Positions 34,512 to 46,999 of a DNA stretch of 64,000 bases are shown one piece after another (positions within the stretch are counted from its first letter, which is position 1; every line of letters begins with the position of its first letter). The DNA comes from Lophium mytilinum. Lineage: Eukaryota. Location: positions 1,250,801 through 1,314,800 of the forward strand of contig MU004184.1 of NCBI GenBank assembly GCA_010093605.1, read 5' to 3'. The notes beneath the pieces are model-generated. The model worked only from the letters and a program-made list of their open reading frames with translations. It did no database searches and was not told the origin of the DNA. The translations under genes were made by a program, and so were the position numbers.

Positions 34512-35143
34512 ATGTCGAGCCGGCATTAAAAGTCAACGAGCGAGAAGACAACCAGCTTTTGAATTACCAAAAAGAGTGAGACAAACGGCGGCTTCGGACC
34601 GCAGAAGAAGAGATCTGTGTAGCAGCATGTTAATTATAGCGTTTAAATCAGGACTTTGTAATCTTTACTGAGATTGTGAGAAAATGAATGTGAACACTGT
34701 TAGGCGAAATGAGTAGTTTTTCAGTTCATGAATCGACACGATTCGAGATGGTGCAAGTGTACTGCTTTGCCCAATAAGGCTTTGGTTTCCAAAATATATT
34801 TATTATGTGCTTTTGAATATGAGGGACCGTGAGTTGTTCATGAGCGACTAGCCCTGAAACCAGATATTCATCCATCAATACTTTGCCGAAGGATATCATA
34901 CCACTGCTTTAATTTTAGGAGTGAACCAAAGAGGGTGGTGTTGGTACCTTGCGGACTTTACGACATGTGCGTGACCAAATCTCGAGATCGAAAGGAGCGC
35001 TTCGCCTATAAGATTCCCTAGCTTGGGCCGATAATGTTCTCGCAGGGAGAAGTCCGACGAATGATTGGACAAGAGCAGGAACATAGCGAAGGGCAGTCGA
35101 GCCTAACCACATAGCTGAGGCACTCCACCCCATTTCCGTCCAT

Positions 35144-36024
35144 CTAGACAAACACACACCCGGGCTGGAACCGCCGAACCATAGCTTCATCGGTATTGGA
35201 TCTAGGTTGCACATGCGGCTGCTGAAAGCGTCGAATAACACGCTCGACATCCTTAGGCTGAAGGCCATATGAATCCTCCTCTTTGGCCTGCGAACACAGC
35301 CGTGTGACCATCTCCCCCTGCAACGTATCAACGATGACCTTCAGGTCTTTCCCCACATTGTCACCAAACAATCGAGCAAGTAACCACAGTAAGGAGTCAT
35401 TCCAGTTCTGTACGTTTTTGTCCGGTTGCGGTGATTCATAGGGATATAGCCGAGTGTGAATGTCAGAGTTCAAGGTCGTAGGCCACATGGAGAAAGGTAG
35501 GATGCTGGTAACCATTTTGCCGTCCAGAGCCGTCCATATGCTTTGGATATACTGGCGACGGCGGGCTTTTCTTGACTGGGAAAGCTGGTCCCAAGGAAGG
35601 TTCACGGGGTCCTCTGGTCCGGGTTCCGTCAGAGAACTCCGTCGACTCTGAACAGAGAGGCTGGGGGTGGAAGTCACGTGCCATTGCTCTAGTGGAGGTT
35701 CACGCGTACGTCCGTGCTCGAGTGGGCGTGGCAGACAGTTCAATAGAGGTGACCGTATAACCTCAGTTGGCATGGGACTCGAAAGGAGCGGGCTTGGATA
35801 TGGGACTGCGTTGCTCTGGTATGATAGGACATCCTTGATTGATGGTAGCTCGTTTGCCTTAGGAGTTGGGCAAGTGGGACCTTGGCCTAGGGGAAGTGTT
35901 AATTCAGAAGCTCGAAGAGGTACAAACAAAGATGCTTACTAATAGCATCGAGTAGTTTTGGCTCCTGAGGGCCGAACCAATGAGGATCCGGGTCGGGAGA
36001 GGTCATGTAACCCGTGTGATACAT
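35144..36024 (-). CDS. Hypothetical protein (intron 35887-35939)
   Basis: A GTAAGC-TTAAC-TAG intron joins an upstream exon (MYHTGYMTSPDP...LDAIS) in frame to the 261-aa ORF. LPSI-type motif and Pro/Ser-rich N-terminal half. The 3' end may continue through another intron toward 34915. Confidence 0.55.
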
Positions 36025-36844
36025 ATCGTTATAATAGTTGGCTAAAGACGTATATATATCACCTGTAACCGTCTCAAATCGACCTCGAGTCTGAGAGACG
36101 ACAGAAAAGTTGAGACAGAAAGGACTTGACAAGCCACGGAGGGGAATCGGCTTGTTTTTACATAGTGCCCCCGAAACGCAAGTTCCCGTGAGCGGCAAGT
36201 TGAGGTTACACGTAACATGTATCTAGCCAGTTAATCTACAGGCTCAAGTTTCGGAGTCATGCATGGACATGGATAGACCTAAATTCTTGCCGAAAAACAA
36301 AATAATGTGGCGTACATATCGGACGCGCGAAGTTTGTTTGCCTGATTGCTCGACTTAAGTCGAGCGGAGCCTCTCCCGAATCACGCATAGACTACGCCCC
36401 CCCACAGGCGTCGTACGACGCACAATCTTCAGTGGGAGCAGGGGCAGCGGGTGCGGGACTCGGGACGGTTCTGGCCGTTCCGAGCAAGATCTCATTGGTG
36501 AAATAGCTTGTCGTTATGCTGTGTCTCCTTGGTTAAAACCCGCCCGGGTATAACCAAATGGTACGTGCGACGAAGTCTGCATGGTAGGCGCGTTTGGATT
36601 GCATCGCAGTCGCGTTTGGCTTGTGACAAAAGTCGCATTTGGATGGTAGAGCGCCTTGGAGTTGCCGAAGAAGCTCAAGTGCTAGCAATCGCTCTCGAAG
36701 TTCACTCTTGGCGCATGGCGCATGATCGAGCTGTCGACGGGTAGATTGTGATTTAATTTGCGCGATTGATTCCCAGAACGTCTGATGTGTGCTTGTGTAT
36801 GACCGCCACCGTGGGTCTCTTCAAAACTTCTGTCGAATGTCTCT

Positions 36845-38940
36845 TTACTGCCACATGACCTTGATCTTGTTAACGATCCCTCCGGGGAGCTCCCTCTCTG
36901 GCTCTTCCTCTGCAAGAACCTGCTCCATGCCCGTGTGTAGGTCGACCTCCTCTGGAGGATGTGCCCATGGGTCGTTCCGTGCATAGATCCTATGACCGAA
37001 GTAAATGCACAGGAAAATGGGGATACCGATATAAGCAGTCAAAAAGCTGCTCGCGTTCCAGTTCTGAGGCCAGAAAACATTGAAGCCGTTGATAAGAGTG
37101 AGGAAGACGAAGCCCACGATCGCAACCCAGGAGCCCCATGGTTGCAAAAAGGAATGATAGGGCAGGTCTGTTATGTTCTGCACTTTGCATGCCTTGCGGA
37201 AACGGAGATAGACAATGCCGCAGCAGATCCACGAGATGAATCCGGATGTGTTCGTCAGGTTGACGAACCAATTAAAGACCACGGCTCCAGAAGATGCCAC
37301 GTTGAGGTAGGCAAGGGCGCAAAAGAGAGAGGACGCAGCTACGGCACGGTATGGTACCCCCTTTTTGGTGCACGCTTTGAAAAAGGCTGGTGCGTTGCCG
37401 GAAAGGGCAAGAGAGTAAAGGGACCGAGACGAGAGGTAGAGAAACGAGTTCCCTGACGACCAGCCCGAAAGGATAATGCCACCATTGATGATGCTGTCCA
37501 AAATGGGAATCCCGGCATTTCTAATGCCAATGGCGAAGGCGGAAGATCCGGCACCGGCACCACCACTGGTGAGCTGTGTGTCGTTAGATGGACAGATAAC
37601 GGAAATCGACAACACACAACCAATGTAGAAGAAGATAAGACGGTAGAAGTATCGACGAGCTGCGATGGGTAAGTTGCGTCTCGGCGATTTCATCTCACCT
37701 CCAGTTACTACAAGTAGTTCGGGAGCAAAGGTAAAAGGGAACGCAGACAAAACGAGCGTACTAAGCAATGCGAGGAAACGACCCCTGTCCCCGCCTGCTA
37801 AGTATGTGTTTGCTGCTCCGGGATGTTTCCAGTAGCGGAAGCCTAAGCGGTCATGCTTCGGACCACCTCCCCAGAAAAGTATGAACGACATAAGGATTAA
37901 TCCCTAGAATTCACCGAGTTAGTAACCTTGGTTTGAGTATAGGGGGAGTCTAATCAGGGAAGATTGTGTTCGCTGGCATGACGGGTTGAGCACTCACCAT
38001 CATCATCACGACCTTGACAGAGGCAAACCAAAATTCGGTCTCTCCATAAAACCCAACGGGTAAGAAATTTAGTCCTACAATCACGACTATCATAACTTAA
38101 AGTGGTAACATAAATGTTAGCGGGGTTTCGAGAAGAAGGGAGTGTGGATTGGGACGGATACTAAGTCCTCTAGTTTTGGTTGTCCTTGAGTACCACTTGA
38201 AACGTGTTTTAAACACCATTTCAGCTTTGAGTTGGTGCTCAAGCGACTAAAATGTGTGCTCAAAAGCGACGTAAATGGGTGTTCGAACACGACATGAGTC
38301 GTTTTACAACACAGTCCCAGGAAAAGTGTTACCAGAGGACTCTGGTATGTGTAATAAGACCTTACGTACTGGAAATCCAAACTGCGATGTTTACATCGGA
38401 GTGCCAATAGTCAATGACCAGTCCAGAGGCGGTGATTTCGTACGGGACCAAAATGCCGAGGGAGTAAAAGTACAGCCAGCCCATAGCAAAGCCCAAGGAG
38501 CGAGAGACATAGCGGTATCCGAACAGGTTCATTGAGGAGCCCGGAGTGGGTAGGTACGCAGCGACTTCGGTGATGGCAGTCACCACACAGAACACAAGGA
38601 AGCTCATCAAGATATAAGAACCAAGAATGAACGCTGGACCACCCCTGGCGAGCGTTTGACCGGATCCAACGAACAAACCAGTTCCAATTGTGCCGCCAAG
38701 CGCGATCATCTGAGCATGTCTATGAGGCAATGTTAGCATTTGATTCCAATTGGAAGTGGATGGAGTAAGTTCCTGCGCCTACCTAGATTTCAGTCCACGC
38801 TGGGTACTCTCGAATCTCTCATCGAAGATCTCTCCAGCAAGAATCTCGGGGTTGACGACCGAGCTCTTCCTCCGAGTAGGCTCAGAGGTCCCAACGCCAT
38901 AATCAGGACTCTTCTCGTCAATGATTTCAGGCTTCCCCAT
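36845..38940 (-). CDS. APC-superfamily amino-acid permease (yeast amino acid transporter family, proline-permease-like), 4 exons
   Basis: RGLKSR|HAQMIALGGTIGTGLFVGSG, YGETEFWFAS.K, GFRYW..PGA, GGEMKSPRRNLP, SSGNSFLYLSSRSLYSLA; multiple TM segments. Confidence 0.93.
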
Positions 38941-41434
38941 GGTGGGCAGACGGCTGAGAAAGAAAGATTTGAATGAGGTTGCGAGGAAAGATCACCGTCG
39001 ACTTGACAGGGCCGGAAGCTGGGTGAACACGGCAGCTTATGTAGTGTACCGTAGCACGTGCCCAACAACTTACTGTCCAGTGAAGGGTGAGAGATGCTCG
39101 GCTGGCAACCAGGAAGAGGTGTTGCCCGCAGCTCCCCATGCGCAGTCCTTCATGAATCTGACCACCTGGCGGATGCAACCAAGCCCACGCAGAATCATGC
39201 AGTCGAGATAAGGGCAGACGTAGCCGGTGATACTTTTGCTGGGGAGCTGGGTTAGCGGGCGATAAAGCCAGGATCGAATGCCCAGATGGACAATGATGTG
39301 CGAAACGGCGTCGAACCGGCCCTGCACTGGCATGCACATTGATACGGCCCGCTTGGCTGGGGCAAGAGCTAAGTAATTCGCGGCCTGGTCAAAGTCGCCA
39401 CAGAGTGGGATGAGGGGATTGAGGCGTGCTGACGGGGTGTTGGAGGATCGGGGCTGCATATGCGCGTTGCGCGCAGCCTTCTCCGCCTCTGGTAATGACA
39501 GCTTGACGATGGAGATGTCCGCTCTGAAATCTCTGGTGCACCCAGACTGAATTTCGAGCGCGTGGTGGTGTGGTGGCATAGGTGGTGCGTATAGTTTCAA
39601 TGGAGTGTTTGTCCCACGTCAATGGCTGCTGGGCTGACAGCTTCGGTGGTGGTGGTTGGTTTGAAGGCGACACAGGCGATCTCCCCACTCTGGAAATCCT
39701 CCGGTGACGACGACCTTCTTATCAACACCAATTGCAAGGGCTTGTGATATCAGCCACTGTAATTTACGAGCGTATATAGGCATCAAGTCCTACGATCTAA
39801 GCCTTTAGCGCAGATAGACCTATCATGGCCCGAGCTGAAGATAATATCTAATGGCGCCTGAATTAGTGAACGTCGCCAGTGAATCGGTGTTCATGCACCA
39901 CCACAGCCGCATCCCAATCTAGGTCCGCGTCATTTAGCACAGTGCGTACTCAACCCCGAGAGCATGTCTAGGGTCTTGAACTTGTCGCATTGAAACAACA
40001 ATAGAGAGAACAGAACGGATGTTTGCAGCATTAAGTCAAGACCAGGAGAAAATCCGCGAGATCGAATAGCCATTCACGGTGGAAAAACCCGCGGTGCTAA
40101 TCGCGCAACAGGACTAATGCTAATGACGAACATGTTTCTAGAAGCTCGGGAGAAGGCATGGGGTGCATCCGCCGGAGCCACAACACGAGCATGACTGCAG
40201 GGGACGGGCCTGCGATCGGGAAGGATTGGTTTAAGGATTGGTTTCACGACCTGTGGACCCAGTGCTTGTGCTTGTGCTTAGAACCTGCCGGGTGCTTTTT
40301 GAGTTCTTCTCCGACTACTACAGAATGCCGCTCTGGGACATGAGGGGAGAGGTATGTACAATCAGTTGCAGCATGCTTGTTGACCTCGGATGGGTTATCT
40401 CGCGATCCTGATAATTTCGATGGTGGCGTGGTCCATCATCGTGTGAGGCGGTTGGCCACCAAAGTGAGAGCGTGGGGTAGACCCTGTGGCATGTACCTGA
40501 GGCCCTGTCTGTGGAACGATAAATACCTCAATGCTAGGGGCCTGTTGCTACACGGACAACGGTGAGTACTAGCGACAATATGCTCAGATCTTGGGTTTTA
40601 TGCTGTTACAAAGGAGTGCAAAGACTCCGACACGTTGGTTCGAGCCTTTAAACTGCATTGATTTGATTTCATAGATCTAGATTGGTAGGGCTCGACCCTG
40701 ATCCTTGAGTTTCGAATGACTGTCCAGTCGGGAAGCAAGATATCTTCAGGGATTGCGATGACACGCGGAACGATACTATCCTTCTAGTATTGTGCGAGCG
40801 CATTTCGCCTTCGGCAGAATCATGTCGGAAATGTTGTCGGCTAATTTATGAGCGCTGGAAGGGAGAATTGAGAAAGGGTGTGGCGCTAGATAGAAAATGG
40901 ACAGTGCTGCGCCACGTCTTGTCAGATTTGCTGCCTGAGGCACCCATGTGTTCTTGATAAACTCGGAGTGAGCTAAGCCGAGGCAGATTCGCGAGTATGA
41001 AGTGGGGTACTTTAGAATTGAATTGGAAATGCTAGATTTAATTTCCAGAGGCAAAATGCCGGTGAAACTTTGGAGAAAGGGTATTGTAGAATCTGCCTGT
41101 GAATTGAGAGGCAGTGAAATGAGAACAGGTAAAGAAATTGGTTCCGATGATAAACAGAATTCCAAGGGATGATAATTCCTGTATCGACAGCATAAGTTTG
41201 AGAGAGCTAAGACAGAGATAATGCTCATGAATTCGTGATTCATTCATGAAAAAACAGATGCAAAGCAAGCATACCCACCCAATGACCATTGCAAAATTGT
41301 AGCACTGCAAGCCGCCCGCAATCATTTCATACAACAAGAATCGCTCAGAAAACCAACAACTCCTATCCAATGCACCGTAATACATGCAAACCTTCCGAAG
41401 ATTATAACCTTCAGCCTTGAGTCTATCCGCCTAT

Positions 41435-42013
41435 TCAGCCTTTGATTCCCAGCCTCTCTTTGACCATAGGCAAGAATTCCTCATACGTGTCCAGGAGCGG
41501 AAACCCATATGCCTTCGCCATCACCTGCACATTGCCCTTGCGCCAGAACGCCCTCGGGCAGCACACGATCAACTTGCCGCTCGTCGCAAACAGTCCAAGC
41601 TCGAGCAGGCTGATAGGACTGACGGTGTTTTCGTCCAAGTACATCGCGATCACGGTCGCCTTGTTCATCGCCTCCAGCTCCCATTCCACTTGCCCGCGGA
41701 ACGTAGGGTCGCTGATGTCCGAGACGGTGTTCGGGTCCCAGTTGCCGCATCGCGGGTTGAGCACCGTTACAGGAGCAGGCTTTAGGTGGTCGGTCATATT
41801 GCTCTGCCACTCAACGGCCTTGCCCATCTCGATGCTACCGGCGAGGAAGACAGACGGCTGCTCCTTCATCAATAGGGGATTTTGTGCGATGATGGTCTGG
41901 AAGTCGGCATGGGGTTTGCTATTGGAGGGCGCCTGGGGAAGAGTGATCTCGACCTTCTCTCGCAGCCATGGCGGAGGAAGGTTGTGGATGTTCTTGCTGT
42001 CTGTAGCGGACAT
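41435..42013 (-). CDS. Nucleoside 2-deoxyribosyltransferase-like protein
   Basis: SVFLAGSIEMG...WQ, VTVLNPR..NWD, QVEWEL, SPISLLELGL (candidate catalytic Glu), LIVCCP..FWRKGNVQ. Intronless; ATG 42013 in ACCATG context. Confidence 0.85.
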   Translation of the reverse strand: MSATDSKNIHNLPPPWLREKVEITLPQAPSNSKPHADFQTIIAQNPLLMKEQPSVFLAGSIEMGKAVEWQSNMTDHLKPAPVTVLNPRCGNWDPNTVSDISDPTFRGQVEWELEAMNKATVIAMYLDENTVSPISLLELGLFATSGKLIVCCPRAFWRKGNVQVMAKAYGFPLLDTYEEFLPMVKERLGIKG

Positions 42014-43640
42014 GGTGCTGATTGTGGATTCGCTTGTAGAAGCGGAGGCAGTAGATAAATGCTGGATTATCTGGAGAGTGCGGGCGTGGGTGCTTGATGG
42101 ATTGGTTGCTACTGAAGGAGCCACCTTTGCAGATAATGGTGTTTGTAAATTTAGACTGTTATGAGGATCAGAACAAAGACGAAGACGGAGGTTCACGCGG
42201 ATAGTTATGTACCTGAAGCCGTCGATGGTGGGGCAGCTGCAGGTCCCTGCGGCGTTGATCGCGTGGGGTATGAGGCCGTGAAAGAAAGATGACAGCTGAA
42301 TGCAGTATGTGAGTGGAATGTGTATGTACAGTACGTGAGTCAATCGAGCTGAGCAAAGGCGATGCGATGTTGACTGCTCTCGCGAGATGAGCAATCTTTA
42401 TAGCAGGACGCTCACGGCCGTCGCCGATGAAGCTGTGCCTTTCGAGCTGTAGGCGCGGCCGCAGCCTTGTCAGGTGAAGGCGCCAGCGCTTGCAGGTGTG
42501 GCTTCAATTTTTCAAGGCTCCATGGCGGCGCAGCACATCTTTGACCGCCATCTCTCATCACACAGACAGAGAGGAAATCAGTTGCCTGGTCTTTAGTTCC
42601 CGCTACTTAGCGCCGTAGACGATTTTCAGTAAGGCTAGCAGGCCAGGTTGAAAGAAGGCAGCTTTTGATGCCTTCTACCCCTCTTGCGCCCTTTTCAGCA
42701 CCTTGTAATCGAAACGTGCGAGTTGAGCCACATGCCCTAGCGAGTCACTTGTTATGGTGCATGTGCGAGCAAACAGATACTTCAAGGGTCACGGTGTTGA
42801 AGCTTAGCACTTGTCAGGTACCAATTTGGTCATGCTAATCAACTCATTGACTTTCACGGCGCTCTGCAAGGCTGAGTCTTCGGAATTGACTTGACCGATG
42901 AACAAACATCATTCAAATTAGAAGGACATAGCAATGCGCTCCTTTTGAATGATAACAGCATCTTATTTGCTAGGGTCATGGAGTCGATCTCTAAGAAGAG
43001 GTCATGCTTTCTCCTTCTTTTGTGTTCGAACGGCATTTTCCACCTGCTGAGTTAGTGTCCAGACAGTCCTCCAAGCTGAGAGTATAGTTGCTGCGTGCTA
43101 TCACGTTGATTGACGTGGGAGCCCGTGATCTTAGTGACTGATCATAACGCACTGGGCCCCTCCTGACTGCTGCTAAAGACAGAGTCAGGCCGCAAGCACA
43201 GCCGGTCATCAGAGACTTGACTCTTATAATTATGAGACACGATATGACGTGAGAGAACTATGAGTGACAACAATACCCCCGAGAAACTCGATTTCGTAGC
43301 AGTGTCAAGTCAAGGCCGACGTTGCAACCGCACCTACTTCGGAAACTAACACTCCTTCTCAATATTACGAACTTGAAACTGCAATTGATGGCAGATGTTG
43401 AACAGTAAAAGAAGAAGGAGAGGAAGAAGAACTACAGGATCTGTCACTATAATGAATGATTCAACGACAGCATAGGACGATCATCAATACTTACTCTCAG
43501 TAGTCGGAGGAACAGCACACAACGAAATGGTATAAAGCGAAAAACACCCCAACACATTGCGTCCGCGTTCTTAGAAATCAGGAACAAATCTTATAAGCAT
43601 CAGCCCTCCAGCGTTCCCATCTCCACAAAAGACACCAGCC

Positions 43641-44261
43641 CTAGACAAGGCTACTCCTGCTCGCCGCACCGCCCCCACTAGACGACCCAATAGACCTACC
43701 GCTCGGCGTCCAACTCCCTGGCCTATTCTTCTGCTCATCCTCCCTAATCCTCTCATACAGCTCCTTCAAAGCCACCACTTCTGAATACCTCACCTCCCTC
43801 TTCCCCGTCTCCAACTCCCTCTCCACCCATTCAATCCGCTCTCTCACCCGCCGCAGCCCATCCGAGTACTCCAGCAGCCTCGTCGGCAACCCCTGGCCCC
43901 TCACCAGCGCCAGTATGCCCGTGGCGACGCCATTGAACGCGCTCAGCACGGCGAGCGAGATATGGTGGTCTGAGGGGGTTGCGGCGAGGAGGATGAGCAG
44001 CGCCGAGATGATGAGTTGGCCGATGAGGCCGCCGTAGACGAGGATGTCGTAGGCGCGCGCTTTGCGGCTGCTGCGGTGTTCTTCGCAAATTATGTTTTCG
44101 TAGATGCCGATGTTGTTTTTAGGGTCTTGCGTTACGCGTTCGATGCTAAGAAACCAGCGTGGGAGGCGGTGGGCGGGGGCAGGGAGGGGCTCCGAGGGGA
44201 GGCCGATTAGCTTGCGGAAGTCGTCGAGGGACACGCGGGTGTTGAGGTAGTCTTCCGACAT
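43641..44261 (-). CDS. Fungal SLATT-like (SMODS/SLOG-associating 2TM effector) protein
   Basis: Two adjacent hydrophobic helices (ILVYGGLIGQLIISALLILLAA; ISLAVLSAFNGVATGILALV), then GQGLPTRL, LRRVRERIE..ERE and a helical tail ending NRPGSW, the pattern I associate with the fungal SLATT family. Intronless. Confidence 0.75.
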   Translation of the reverse strand: MSEDYLNTRVSLDDFRKLIGLPSEPLPAPAHRLPRWFLSIERVTQDPKNNIGIYENIICEEHRSSRKARAYDILVYGGLIGQLIISALLILLAATPSDHHISLAVLSAFNGVATGILALVRGQGLPTRLLEYSDGLRRVRERIEWVERELETGKREVRYSEVVALKELYERIREDEQKNRPGSWTPSGRSIGSSSGGGAASRSSLV

Positions 44262-44610
44262 CTTTTCTAGTGGGTTGGGGGGTAATTGGAAGGTCTGAGA
44301 GAGTCATTGCTAGAGTCGAGAGCTTTTTAGATGGCGTGATATTGGAGCTCCTAGGTGTTTGTTGTCACTTCAGCCACTCTCTTGCCACGGTAGATAGGCC
44401 TGTGTCGATCATGGTTGCTCCTCTTCCTGTTTTGTCAACAGCCTCTTTTCTTAACTTCCTGATGTTGATGTCCATGCCTTTGTACTGATGAGTGCAGATT
44501 TGAGGTATGGTATTTGAAAGGCTATTTGGCCAGTTGATTAAAGAAATACAGACATGGTTACATTCACAATACAGGGCATACTAATCGTCAGAGGCACAAA
44601 CTCTTCCGCC

Positions 44611-46070
44611 CTACATCACGTCCTCACCATAGTCCTCAATTGTCCCATCCAAATGATACATCTTCACCTGGCCGAACCTGTTCACGGTAAACTTCTCGCC
44701 CATCCTCATAGTCATAGCCTTGTTATGTCCTGCTATCTTGATATTGAAACCCCCCTCCTTCGCCCACAACTCCTCCATTTTAAGCCTATCTTTGCTCTTC
44801 GGCTTTCCTTCTTTGATGCGGAGTTTCTCAAAGTAGATGTAGCAAGCATAAAAAGCGTTAGACGTATTGCCGCTGTCATACCCTTTCTTGCTGCGGAACG
44901 ACGACAGCTGGGTGCCGCTGAGGGGGATGTGGGTTGCATGTGTGACGGCATGGCAAAACGCAGCGTTCGAAAGACCAGTTTGGCGGAGGTAGGCATCGAT
45001 TTTGTGACGGACCATGTCACAGGTTTCGTAGACGGGAAGTTCTCCAAGACCGGCAGGCTCGACCGGTATATTGACAGAAGTGAGGTCGGGAAGATCTTCT
45101 TCTTTCTTTTTCTTTGGGGGGCTGGACGCATTCGAGGTCTTGCGCTTCTTCGAGGCGTGGCTCTCAGTCCTGGCAGTATCTGGACTAGCGGAGGAAGGTT
45201 TACGCAAGATGTCGTTGTTGATCTCGCCTTCGTGATCCGAAAGTGCAACATCACCTCCCGGAGGCTCCTTCAACCCCAACTCATAAGCTTCCTCCGCATG
45301 CTTCATTTGCGAGCGCGTGCTAGCCGGTACAAGCGCCCACAGGGTATCGAAGATCGCAGAACGTACCTCGGGCTGTCGGTTATGTGGGATGTTGGATGTG
45401 ATCCACTCGCGGACAGTCTGACGGACGTGCTTGTTGTCAACGTCTTCGACCGTTTTCACTGCATAGAATGGGGGGGCGTCTGGGGGAGGAGACGCCATTG
45501 ACGGACGGTTCATCTGTGATAAGACAATCTGGTGCTCGAGATCGGCGAGCTGCCCGTCAGAAAGCTCTGCAGCTTTCTGGACAGCGCCAAGAGTTTGGCG
45601 ATTGATTTGTCGCTGGGAGTTGTTAACGGAAAGCATTAGAGTCCGCCAACGGAAATTAGACATACCTCGTCTTCTCTCGCTACCCTGAAGGCTTCATCAC
45701 TCAGTAGGTTCTCGAAAGTTCCCGATCGCGCGGCAAACTGGAGCTCCACGTCTCGTACTAGTGCAGCATGTTTATCAAGGTTGAGGAGCGCACTTCTAGC
45801 TGGAGCCATGATTTCATCCACGCTTGTAGAACGTTTTTCCAGGGCGTCGTCATGTGATCGTTTGGCTCCAGCGGCGATACTCTGGGCGTTGGTAGAGACC
45901 TCCGCGAGCGGTTCTCGACGTCCTTCCTCAGAACCAAACTTCGCGAGACCAGAAGCCACGGTTCCGGAAACCATTGATGGGTCCCTAGGAAGTGAAGGAG
46001 TATTGTAAACATCCTTCTCTTGGGACAATGTAGGAGGTGCAATCCCCTCAGGGTGCGTATTGTTTGACAT
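44611..46070 (-). CDS. Conserved fungal protein of unknown function with C-terminal HTH-like domain (DUF7726-like); intron 45613-45665
   Basis: VYETCDMVRHKI..YL, SNAAFC, LSSFRSKKG...GNTS.AFY..Y.YFEKLRI.EGKPKS..R..ME..W. A GTATGT-CAG intron joins the two ORFs in frame. DUF label is from memory. Confidence 0.7.
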
Positions 46071-46193
46071 AGACTGATAATGATGATCAGAAGTTATGAT
46101 GAATGAGGTTGAATTGACAGAAGCACGCCCATGTGACGAGGATAACGCCCTTTAATACCCCATAGGCCGGGGTGGCGTTATGAGCTGACGTGT

Positions 46194-46320
46194 TGTTTAC
46201 CTACCTGGGTAAAACTATTCAAGGGGGATCGTCGACGAGGTGTGACAGTGACATCATGGCGCTTTCACCAAAATATCACGATGTCACGTGATTTACGCGT
46301 TTGTGATCTCTATGTAAACA
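46194..46320. promoter_or_regulatory. Cluster of forkhead (TGTTTAC 46194, GTAAACA 46314), E-box (CACGTG 46285) and MCB (ACGCGT 46295) motifs
   Basis: Exact motif matches 125-250 bp upstream of the ATG at 46070. Confidence 0.4.
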
Positions 46321-46999
46321 GAAACTGGTGTTTTGCATGTTGCAGTCAGAGCTGTCGTGCTATTAAAGGGGAGTGTCAATTGGACCGTCTAGGGATGTGA
46401 ATAGCATCGCATATTTAATCTAGCCGCAAAACGGGGGGTGCTGCTAATGTTGCGATCTAAGCTCGCTCTTGACGTGTTATTGCTCTGATTTGTGAATCAA
46501 ACTACGGAAAAGGCTATAGTTGACACTATTCAGAAGCATAAACGGGAGCCAGTCCGTGCGATCTGCACTCCACTTTGGCATATCATTGGCATGGGCCCTA
46601 GTCTAAGCCTCGAGAAGGAGGTTAATGTTGATGCTTCGAGGAGCCCTGGCAGCCGTGATTCTCGATTTGAATCCCTTGTTCCGAGTTGACGGATTGGGTT
46701 TGCGAGTTACCATATATTTGACTCCATACTTGATGAAGACTCTACCAATTACTGTACACATCTCTCCAAGTGTCGATCGAGTGTCCCCTTCATTAGCAGC
46801 TCTGCAGGACTGAAACCATGCTGCCAAAGATATCTAGCGATTGATGATGCCTAACGCCGCGCTTATACCTATGTGGGAAACAGACCAGAATCGAAAGCGT
46901 GATTACCAACTCCTGGGTATCGTCGGGAGGGTTGGATTGTATGCAAAATGTGCCACCGCACGATCGCGAAAGCGTGCTTGAAGGGTTTGAGAGTAAGAA

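Noticed and set aside
36342..36369. CTGA followed by a stem-loop, resembling a hammerhead ribozyme core
   Set aside because: Lacks the required CUGANGA and GAAA consensus (reads CUGAUU...GGAG).
40776..41385. AT-richer minus-strand ORFs downstream of the NDT-like gene
   Set aside because: No motifs or convincing gene structure; cannot support a CDS.
42014..42394. N-terminal extension of the NDT-like ORF
   Set aside because: Non-ATG start, immediately beside a TATA-like motif near 42396-42401; more likely 5'UTR.
44554..45501. 315-aa plus-strand ORF
   Set aside because: Antisense to the conserved DUF-like gene; no recognisable motifs.
46600..46690. TTGAATCCC resembling a tRNA T-loop
   Set aside because: No acceptor, D or anticodon stems could be built.
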